This document shows, in pieces, positions 54,343 to 61,523 of a stretch of 64,000 nucleotides of DNA (position 1 is its first letter; every line of letters starts with the position of its first letter). A model generated the notes under the pieces. It ran no database searches. It saw only the letters and a program-made list of their open reading frames with translations, and was not told where the DNA came from. A program made the translations under genes and the position numbers. Origin of the DNA: Verrucomicrobiaceae bacterium (GTDB lineage Bacteria; Verrucomicrobiota; Verrucomicrobiia; Chthoniobacterales; Chthoniobacteraceae); NCBI GenBank assembly GCA_043757005.1, contig JAYVQK010000121.1, positions 2,069 through 66,068 of the forward strand, in the 5' to 3' direction.

Positions 54343-54827
54343 GGGAGGGTCTGCGCCAGCACTTCGTCCGTCTGCTTTTTGCGGAAAGCCAGCAGCTCTC
54401 CGCGCACACGCTCGTCATTCAGTGCGAGGATGCTCGCCGCGAGGATGGCCGCGTTTTTTGCCCCCGCCTCGCCGATGGCCAGCGTGCCCACTGGCACTCC
54501 GCCCGGCATCTGCGCGATACTGAGCAGCGAATCCCAGCCGCTCAACGCGCGGCTCTGCACGGGCACTCCCAGCACGGGAAGATGCGTGTGCGCCGCGACC
54601 ATGCCGGGCAGATGCGCCGCGCCGCCCGCGCCCGCGATGATGATCTGGATGCCGCGCGCCGCCGCCGCTTTTGCAAACTCCGCGAGCAGTTCTGGCGTGC
54701 GATGTGCCGAGACGACGCGCGCCTCGTGCGGGATGCCGAATTTCCCCAGCATCTCGACGGCGTGTTTCATCGTCTCCCAATCGGACTTACTGCCCATGAT
54801 GACGGCGACTTGCGCAACAGTTGTCAT
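54339..54827 (-). CDS. purE: 5-(carboxyamino)imidazole ribonucleotide mutase
   Basis: [40 protein letters not shown] and [20 protein letters not shown] 54827 is preferred. Confidence 0.9.
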   Translation of the reverse strand: MTTVAQVAVIMGSKSDWETMKHAVEMLGKFGIPHEARVVSAHRTPELLAEFAKAAAARGIQIIIAGAGGAAHLPGMVAAHTHLPVLGVPVQSRALSGWDSLLSIAQMPGGVPVGTLAIGEAGAKNAAILAASILALNDERVRGELLAFRKKQTDEVLAQTLP

Positions 54828-54937
54828 AGCCCCGTGATAGCGGGAGCCATCGGCGGCGGGCAATGACGAAGGGCGAGATTCTTTCGCGCAGACCTTGTTT
54901 GCGTTGATGCCGCGCTCGCGTTCGCTTTTATGGGAGG

Positions 54938-55810
54938 GTGCAATACAAGGACTACTACGCGACGCTCGGTGTGACGAAGACGGCGACTCAGGATGAAATC
55001 CGCAAGGCTTTCCGCAAGCTCGCGCGGCAGCATCACCCCGATGTGTCGAAGGACAAAAAAGGGGCGGAGGCGAAATTTAAAGAAATCAACGAGGCCAACG
55101 AAGTCCTCAGCGATGAGGAGAAACGCAAACGCTATGACGAGCTGGGCAGCGATTGGGATAAGCCGGGTCGCCCGCAGCGCGGCGGGGGTTTTGATTTTAA
55201 TGGCGGCGGTGGCGGCGGGCAGGGCGGGTTTAGCGATTTCTTCGAGTCGTTCTTCGGCGGTCGTGGCGCGGGATCCAAGCGTGGGCGAGGCTTCGATGGC
55301 TTTGCGCAGCGGGGGCAGGATGTGGAGTTTGACCTCCCCTTGACCATCGAGGAAATCCTCAGCGGGGGAAAGAAGGCCTTTAATATCGAGCGCGCTGGGA
55401 AGCCCGAGACGATGTCCGTCACCGTGCCGAAGGGCGTGCGTGCTGGGCAAAAAATCCGGCTCACGGGGCAGGGCGGCGTGGGCAGCGGTGGAGCGCAAAA
55501 TGGGGATATGTATTTAAAGATCAAACTCGCCCCGCACCCCGGCTATCGCGTGGATGGGAGCGACCTTATTCATGCGTTTCCCCTGGCCGTTCGCACGGCA
55601 GTGCTCGGCGGCGAGGCGGAGGTGGAGACGCCGGATGGAGCAGTGAAACTCAAGGTTCCCGCTGGCACGCAGCCGGGGCAGAAGTTCCGGCTGAAAGGTC
55701 GCGGATTGCCGAGCGGGCCGGACACGCGGGGGGATTTCTTTGCGGAAGCAAAGGTGGCAATCCCGACGACTCTCACGCCGGAGGAACGAGAGATCTGGGA
55801 GCGGCTGTAG
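54938..55810 (+). CDS. cbpA: J-domain co-chaperone, CbpA-type (no zinc-finger domain)
   Basis: [33 protein letters not shown] is the J domain. A G-rich linker and two DnaJ C-terminal beta domains follow. GTG start. Confidence 0.8.
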   Translation: MQYKDYYATLGVTKTATQDEIRKAFRKLARQHHPDVSKDKKGAEAKFKEINEANEVLSDEEKRKRYDELGSDWDKPGRPQRGGGFDFNGGGGGGQGGFSDFFESFFGGRGAGSKRGRGFDGFAQRGQDVEFDLPLTIEEILSGGKKAFNIERAGKPETMSVTVPKGVRAGQKIRLTGQGGVGSGGAQNGDMYLKIKLAPHPGYRVDGSDLIHAFPLAVRTAVLGGEAEVETPDGAVKLKVPAGTQPGQKFRLKGRGLPSGPDTRGDFFAEAKVAIPTTLTPEEREIWERL

Positions 55811-55834
55811 AAGCGACGAAGGCGTCGCTTTTAC
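55807..55834. repeat. single full-length GTAGAAGCGACG-family hairpin (12-bp stem) containing the cbpA stop codon
   Basis: GTAGAAGCGACG-AAGG-CGTCGCTTTTAC. TAG 55808..55810 is the cbpA stop. The other arm carries an in-frame TAA (55831..55833, minus strand) two codons after the stop of the convergent gene. Confidence 0.9.
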
Positions 55835-55836
55835 GC

Positions 55837-56550
55837 TTATCGGTTGTTCACGTTTCGCACGCGGATGCGCGGGGCTCCGCCGTTGCCACCGGGCTGTTGC
55901 CCGTTGGGCGCGGGCTGGAGAGTAGCGCCATTCGGATTGCCGCCTCGGAAGTTCGTGTTGCTGCCACCTGGGCGCGGGACTTGGACGCTGGGCGGCTGGA
56001 TGGGGTGCGGCATATTGGGTGCGCTCGGTGAAGGTGCTTTGCTCACCACTCCAGGCATGATCGGCGGCGGTGCGGTGCGTGCCTGTGGCGCTCCGGGCGC
56101 GCCTCCGCCGGGAGGACGTTGCCCGGGATTCGGTGCGGGTGCAGCGGCGACGGCATTGCGCCCAAATGTCGGGTCGTATTTTACCTGCCCCTCTTCGTCG
56201 CCTTTGCGCAGCACGACGTAGCACTCGCTCGGCTGGTTGGCGGCGTGGACTTCTTTTACGAACATCTGATCATCATTCGGCTTATTGCCGTAGAAGCGGA
56301 TCGAGTGGTCATCGCCCATGTGCTGGATGGTGATGTAATCCGTGCCGATGCCGGTGAGGTTCATATTTTTGAAAATACTGTCCTTCGGCGCGACCACCTC
56401 GGTCGGCGTCACTTTCGTCTCCAGCACGAAAGGCGAGTTTTCCTCCGTGTCCGCATATCGCTCTTTTGGGAAGGCAGTCGGGATCGCCGAGTGTGCGCAG
56501 AAGAGCCCGACACTGGTGGCGAGGAGGGCGATAGCGAGTGGTATTTTCAT
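55837..56550 (-). CDS. secreted protein with small beta domain and Pro/Gly-rich tail; last gene of the gsp-like operon
   Basis: Signal peptide MKIPLAIALLATSVGLFCAHS. The domain NLTGIGTDYITIQHMGDDHSIRFYGNKPNDDQMFVKEVHAA..CYVVLRKGDEEG is loosely GspC-HR/PilP-like. The C-terminal ~100 aa are P/G/A/N-rich. Confidence 0.5.
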   Translation of the reverse strand: MKIPLAIALLATSVGLFCAHSAIPTAFPKERYADTEENSPFVLETKVTPTEVVAPKDSIFKNMNLTGIGTDYITIQHMGDDHSIRFYGNKPNDDQMFVKEVHAANQPSECYVVLRKGDEEGQVKYDPTFGRNAVAAAPAPNPGQRPPGGGAPGAPQARTAPPPIMPGVVSKAPSPSAPNMPHPIQPPSVQVPRPGGSNTNFRGGNPNGATLQPAPNGQQPGGNGGAPRIRVRNVNNR

Positions 56551-56606
56551 AGCTGAAAAAGGCGATGTTGTTTTGGACAATGCGCGGCAAGTGGCGTTCA
56601 AAGCGG

Positions 56607-57140
56607 TCACTTCGTGGTGGCGAACCATTTGGCGATGGTGAAGGTCGCGTGCAGGTTTGTTTTGTCTATCGGGTCCACTTTCATATCGAGCGATTCCACG
56701 GCTAGGAATTGCCCGGGCGCTTGCAGCTCGTAGAGGAAATTGAACATCTGTTTCCAAGTCGCCTTCGCATCCAGCTTCACGCTGAGGGAGGTGTAAAATG
56801 GCTGCGCATTGGGGATGCCGGGCGCGGGCGACTCCAGCGTGACGATGTGTTTCTTGGCCAGCTCCAGCAGGGATTCGCGGAGGTGTTTATTCGCCACATC
56901 AGCGTCGCCCATCGGCACGAGACCGCTGTCTAGCCAAGCATCGCGCTCGGCCCGCATCGCGCGTTCGCCTTCGAGTTGCTTGAAGGTGACAAGCTGTGAC
57001 TGCGCGTTGCCGAGGTTCGTGCGCAGGCCGCGCTGATTGGCGAGGAAGAATTTCACCAGAAAGACATTCAGCACGATAATGAGTGCGATGCCGACGAAGC
57101 CTGCGAGGACTTTTTCGCGTGGATTGAGTTGGCTGATCAT
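56607..57140 (-). CDS. gspM: GspM/PilO-like type II secretion assembly protein
   Basis: Short cytoplasmic N-terminus, a single TM (VLAGFVGIALIIVLNVFLVKFF), a coiled segment and a ferredoxin-like C-terminus. Position after the gspL-like gene with a 4-nt overlap. Confidence 0.55.
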   Translation of the reverse strand: MISQLNPREKVLAGFVGIALIIVLNVFLVKFFLANQRGLRTNLGNAQSQLVTFKQLEGERAMRAERDAWLDSGLVPMGDADVANKHLRESLLELAKKHIVTLESPAPGIPNAQPFYTSLSVKLDAKATWKQMFNFLYELQAPGQFLAVESLDMKVDPIDKTNLHATFTIAKWFATTK

Positions 57141-58357
57141 CTTGGTTTTCCGGTGATATTGAAGCTGACTTTGTCGTCTTTGAGCGGTTGGTAGGGCAGG
57201 TAAATGACGTTGTAGGCTTCCATCTCCTTTTCCTTTTTGAGCCGTTCCACGAATTCAAAGTGAGCGTCCGTAGTGGACTCTCCTTTTACCGTCCACTCGC
57301 GGGGGCCGAAGGTGAACGATGTGAACTGGAGGGCCGCGCTTTTCTCCCAGTTTTTGTGCAGCAAGTGCATCACTTCCGCCGCAAAACGCTCCGGCTCCAC
57401 GGTGGGCGCAAGGGCGTCCCAGCGGCTCTGTTGCTTGGCCATGCCGTCGTAGCGCGGTTTCACGGCGGCGACTTCGGCGAGCACGCTTTGCACTTTGCGC
57501 TTCATCACCGCGAGGTAGATAAAGGCTCCGGCGACGAGTAAAAGATAGACGACGGAGGCGAGGAGGAGGTTCTGCTTCAGCTTCTCGCCACGCTCGCGTG
57601 AGTGGGCGGCGTGCTGCCACGAGGCGGGGAGTAAATCGAGGCCGGACTGTGCTTCCGAGGTATCCGCGAGCGGGAGGACTTGCTTGCCGAAATGCTGCAC
57701 GAGCGAGGGCTCCAGATCGGAGCAGCCTTGCGCCAGGCGGATGTGGGTGAAGGTCGTGGGAACGCCATCCAGCTCGGCGCTGAGGAGCAGACCGGGGAGC
57801 TCATCGAGCACGATATTCGCATCCAGACTGCTGAGTGGCTGCGCCCAGACGAGCTGGCCGCCAGTGACGATGGCGGCGACGAGTTGATCTTGCTCCGGCC
57901 AGAGCGCGAGCGTCGTCTCTTCCACCGGGCAAGCAGCGGCGATGCGCTGCGCGAGGAGCGAGATACGCTCGGGGAGGCGTCCCGCTTCGCGCAGTGGCGC
58001 GCAGATGCGGTCGAGCTGCGCGTGGTGCGCGGAGACGCTGAGGATGGTGCTTTCATTCTCCTCCTGCCCGAGCACGTCGAAGCCGTAGCTCACATCTTCC
58101 ACGGGGAAGGGGAGCGTCTTTTCGAGCTGCAAATTCAGCATATCCGCCAATTCGGTGTGATCCGTCGCAGGCAGCTTGTGGCGCTCTAGCAGGACGGCTT
58201 GGCAGGGCAGCGCCAGCTCGAGGTGAGCGGTCGCCGGGACGCCCGCCATCGCCTCGCCGAGGGTAGGCAGGATGCGGTCTTCGCCAGTGCCGAGGCGAAG
58301 TCTCCAGCCTCTCGCGTCGGGCAAGAGCAGTGCGTGTATAGGGCCAGTTTTTTTCAT
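57137..58357 (-). CDS. gspL: GspL-like (PilM/PilN-type) assembly protein
   Basis: 406 aa. It has an actin-like cytoplasmic N-domain, a central TM (LLLASVVYLLLVAGAFIYLAVM) and a periplasmic C-domain. ATGA overlaps on both sides. Confidence 0.5.
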   Translation of the reverse strand: MKKTGPIHALLLPDARGWRLRLGTGEDRILPTLGEAMAGVPATAHLELALPCQAVLLERHKLPATDHTELADMLNLQLEKTLPFPVEDVSYGFDVLGQEENESTILSVSAHHAQLDRICAPLREAGRLPERISLLAQRIAAACPVEETTLALWPEQDQLVAAIVTGGQLVWAQPLSSLDANIVLDELPGLLLSAELDGVPTTFTHIRLAQGCSDLEPSLVQHFGKQVLPLADTSEAQSGLDLLPASWQHAAHSRERGEKLKQNLLLASVVYLLLVAGAFIYLAVMKRKVQSVLAEVAAVKPRYDGMAKQQSRWDALAPTVEPERFAAEVMHLLHKNWEKSAALQFTSFTFGPREWTVKGESTTDAHFEFVERLKKEKEMEAYNVIYLPYQPLKDDKVSFNITGKPR

Positions 58358-59262
58358 TCTTTCCAATTCAGTATCTGTGGGTTTTGCCCACCTTTTCGGG
58401 CGACGACTTCGACTTGTCGAACGACTTTTCCCGACCAGCCCTCCACGGTGATGTGCCAAGTGGCGTCCTTTACCATGATGAGCCCGCCGAGGGCGTTCCA
58501 TTGCGTCTTATTCAAACCGAGAAACGCCTGTGCTTGTTCGAGCTTATCCAGCGGCGGATCGTCCAGCGTGCCGTCAATTTTATCGTCGCCGCGGCGCCAC
58601 TGGAGAAAGCGCGCGATGCCCGCGTCGCCCACGCCGGGGAGCAGTCGGAGGATATTAAAGTCCGCGCTCGTGAGATCTATTCCCCCCTGCGAATACACCG
58701 TGAGGTCGTCCTTCCACCCCGCCTGTGAGGTCAGCGGCTCGGTGCCCGCGACCTGCACGATTTCATCCACATCGAGGAATTGCCCGCGATTCGGCGGGTG
58801 GTAACTCAGCGAGTCCTCCTGCCCGTTGATGCGCTTCAAATTATCCGCATCCATCCAGTCCAGCAGACAGTCCACCATGCGCTCGCGGTCTTTGAACTCG
58901 ATGCCGCGCGACTCCAGCCAGCGTTTAAAAAGATCAATCTTCTTCGGGTCTTCGCCGATCAGCAGCGTGTTGATATTCAGCTTTCCACCCTCGCTCACCA
59001 TGTGGACTCGGAAGCCCGGATCTTCCCCCGTTTTCAGCTCCAGCGCAGGCGTCTCCTTCGTCGTGAGCGGATGAATGGCGAGCGCCACTCCGCTGTGCGC
59101 CATCGCCCGCGCCTCGGTATCGTTCTGCTGCTCGCCCGCGACCTGGATCGTATGCTGGATGAACGTGGCCCACACCACCACCGCGCCCGTGAGCACAAAA
59201 ATCGCCCACAGCACAAGCATCAGTGAGGAGGCGCGGCGGGGGTGTAAAGTGAGCGCCCTCAT
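58354..59262 (-). CDS. gspK: GspK-like minor pseudopilin
   Basis: RASSLMLVLWAIFVLTGAVVVW is the GspK-type N-terminus. A helix-hairpin-helix-like segment reads FNILRLLPGVGDAGIARFLQWR. About 300 aa. Confidence 0.65.
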   Translation of the reverse strand: MRALTLHPRRASSLMLVLWAIFVLTGAVVVWATFIQHTIQVAGEQQNDTEARAMAHSGVALAIHPLTTKETPALELKTGEDPGFRVHMVSEGGKLNINTLLIGEDPKKIDLFKRWLESRGIEFKDRERMVDCLLDWMDADNLKRINGQEDSLSYHPPNRGQFLDVDEIVQVAGTEPLTSQAGWKDDLTVYSQGGIDLTSADFNILRLLPGVGDAGIARFLQWRRGDDKIDGTLDDPPLDKLEQAQAFLGLNKTQWNALGGLIMVKDATWHITVEGWSGKVVRQVEVVARKGGQNPQILNWKE

Positions 59263-59915
59263 TGCTGCTGCGTCTGCGCGGAAGGCACTGCCAGCCATGC
59301 TTCGTAAGGGTTTTCATCGCCCTCCCGCTCAATGCCGATGACGACGAAAGTGGGACGTGAACTTTGATCCTGCCATTGATTCACAAGCTGCCCGAGCCTC
59401 GGCTCCCAGTAGCGCAGCGTGAGCGACTTCGCGCCTTTGATCAGCGGCACCCACGTCTCGTCTTTATCCGAGCCGCCCTGCACGAGCCCGCCCGCCGTAT
59501 CGAGCAGCGCCGGTCTGCGCCAAAATCCGATCTCGTATTTCGACTCATCATCCTTGAGCGGCTGGATGCGGATTTGCACCCGATACTCGCCCGTCGCCGC
59601 CGTCGTGAGCAGCCCGGAGCCTCCGCGCGAGCGCCACTCCATGCTGTCGAAATTCGTGTCGCCATTCTTAAAAAACTTCCCCGTCAACATCGCCTGCCCG
59701 CGCGCTGGCAGGCTGTAAAGTTCCTCCTGCACCAGTTCCACGACGCGCTCGACTTCCAACTGCATCTCCACGTCCTCCACGGAGGCCGAGACTCCGCGCA
59801 GAGTGGACTTCACAAAGCCAAAGACGCCGATACTCGTGAGCCCGATAATCATCACCGCGAGAGCGACCTCTAGCAGCGTAAATGCAGCACGGAAATGGGA
59901 TGCGAGCGGCTTCAT
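59259..59915 (-). CDS. gspJ: GspJ-like minor pseudopilin
   Basis: The prepilin-type N-terminus is FRAAFTLLEVALAVMIIGL. Size (218 aa) and position are consistent with GspJ. Confidence 0.55.
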   Translation of the reverse strand: MKPLASHFRAAFTLLEVALAVMIIGLTSIGVFGFVKSTLRGVSASVEDVEMQLEVERVVELVQEELYSLPARGQAMLTGKFFKNGDTNFDSMEWRSRGGSGLLTTAATGEYRVQIRIQPLKDDESKYEIGFWRRPALLDTAGGLVQGGSDKDETWVPLIKGAKSLTLRYWEPRLGQLVNQWQDQSSRPTFVVIGIEREGDENPYEAWLAVPSAQTQQQ

Positions 59916-60313
59916 TTCTGGCGTGGGTAGAGGATGAATTTCATGCTGCGCGTGATGGTGTCGCCGCTCTCGACCCAGGAGAGGGCGAGGTTCACATCGA
60001 AGAGCCCGAAAATCTCCTGATCCTTTTCATTCGTGAGCTTCAAGTCCGTCTTCGTCATCACCATCGTCATGCCCGCATACGCGCCCTTGAGTTCCTCGGT
60101 AGCCTTGTCTGTGAGCGGGATCGAGCCGCTCTCTACCTGCACGAAATAATTCGCCAACGCCCGCTGCGCCAGCCCCTCCGTGCGGCGAAATTTTTCCGCT
60201 TGCAGGCAATTTTGCACGCACCGTGCGAGCGCCAACATCGCCAGCGCAAAGATGGCTACGGCGAGCATCGCCTCTAGCAACAGAAAGCCTCGGCGTAAGG
60301 AGAATATCTTCAT
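59912..60313 (-). CDS. gspI: GspI-like minor pseudopilin
   Basis: MKIFSLRRGFLLLEAMLAVAIFALAML. 133 aa, lying between the H-like and J-like genes. Confidence 0.55.
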   Translation of the reverse strand: MKIFSLRRGFLLLEAMLAVAIFALAMLALARCVQNCLQAEKFRRTEGLAQRALANYFVQVESGSIPLTDKATEELKGAYAGMTMVMTKTDLKLTNEKDQEIFGLFDVNLALSWVESGDTITRSMKFILYPRQK

Positions 60314-60807
60314 TTTGGCATCTGCTGATCGGTGATTTCCCCGTGCCCGGTCAGCGGGTTATAGACCGCCGTCCACGTGCCATCCGGGCCGGAGTAGAGC
60401 ACCTGCACGGGCTCGCACACGCCGCTGCGCCAGAAGGTCCATTCGCCCGGCGTGTCCTTTGGCGGGAGGAGGGAATATGGGCGCTCTAGCGTGTAGCTCT
60501 CTTCTTTGCCGAACTCCAAATTCTCGTTCGCGCCCTCGCCGCCCGCTTCTTTTTCCGCTGCGGTCGGATCGTCGGGTTGGAGCAAAATTTTTCCCTCCTG
60601 CCACACGAGCACCCACGAGCGTTGCTGCGACACGGCGTTGAGCTGCGCCTTGTGCGCGAGGTCGTCCAGCTTATCAAACGTCGCTCGCAGCCGCTGCTCC
60701 GCCGACATCCCGCGCACGCTGGGGATCGCCATGGCCATCACGATGACGGCCATGGCGATCGCGAGCATCAGCTCGATGAGTGTAAAAGCAGCGCGGGTGC
60801 GGCTCAT
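60310..60807 (-). CDS. gspH: GspH-like minor pseudopilin
   Basis: MSRTRAAFTLIELMLAIAMAVIVMAMAIPSV. 165 aa, first gene of the H-I-J-K-L-M series. Confidence 0.55.
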   Translation of the reverse strand: MSRTRAAFTLIELMLAIAMAVIVMAMAIPSVRGMSAEQRLRATFDKLDDLAHKAQLNAVSQQRSWVLVWQEGKILLQPDDPTAAEKEAGGEGANENLEFGKEESYTLERPYSLLPPKDTPGEWTFWRSGVCEPVQVLYSGPDGTWTAVYNPLTGHGEITDQQMPK

Positions 60808-60887
60808 GGTTTCAGTTTTTATAGGAAAGTGCGGACGGTGCCTGCAAAAGGCGAGTGTCCTTTCAGACAGCGGAGGGGCTTAAACGC

Positions 60888-61523
60888 TCAATGTCCGCTA
60901 CTGTTGCGATATTTCATCGCGGCCTCCGTGCGGGAGTGGACGTGGAGCTTTTCGTAGATGCGCTTCAAGTGCGCGCGGATCGTCTCGATGCTGAGGCCGA
61001 GGCGGTCGGCGATTTCCTTATTCGCGAGGCCTTTGGTGAGGTGTTCGAGGATTTCCGTTTCGCGCTTCGAGAGCTGCGCGTCTTCGCTGCCTGCGGGCTG
61101 CATCGGGCGGTGAAATGTCTCCACGACGCGGCGCGCAATCTCGGCGCTCATCGGCGCTCCCCCAGCGCGGACTTCGGCGATGGCGCTGCGGATCTCGGCG
61201 GGTGTGGATCGCTTTAACAAATAGCCACACGCGCCCGCTTTGAGCGCGTCGAAGATTTTGTCGTGGTCGCGATAGACGGTGACCATGATGACGAGCAGAT
61301 CGGGCTGCGTGGCCTTGAGCCGCGCGGTGGCCTCGATACCCGTCATGCCGGGGAGGTGGATGTCCATGAGCAGCACTTGTGGGCGAAATGCGGGCACTTT
61401 CACCAAGGCATCCTCGCCGCTCTGCCACACGCCCACGCACTTGTAGCCGGGCGTGGCTTCTACGATGCGGCGGAGGTTTGCGCCGACGGTCGGGTTGTCT
61501 TCGATGATGGCGACGGTGGTCAT
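60888..61523 (-). CDS. NarL/FixJ (LuxR-type) response regulator
   Basis: The receiver domain is VAIIEDNP...VLLMDIHLPGMTGIE. The LuxR HTH is LSKRETEILEHLTKGLANKEIADRLGLSIETIRAHLKRIYEKL. ATGA overlap with the kinase gene. Confidence 0.85.
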   Translation of the reverse strand: MTTVAIIEDNPTVGANLRRIVEATPGYKCVGVWQSGEDALVKVPAFRPQVLLMDIHLPGMTGIEATARLKATQPDLLVIMVTVYRDHDKIFDALKAGACGYLLKRSTPAEIRSAIAEVRAGGAPMSAEIARRVVETFHRPMQPAGSEDAQLSKRETEILEHLTKGLANKEIADRLGLSIETIRAHLKRIYEKLHVHSRTEAAMKYRNSSGH

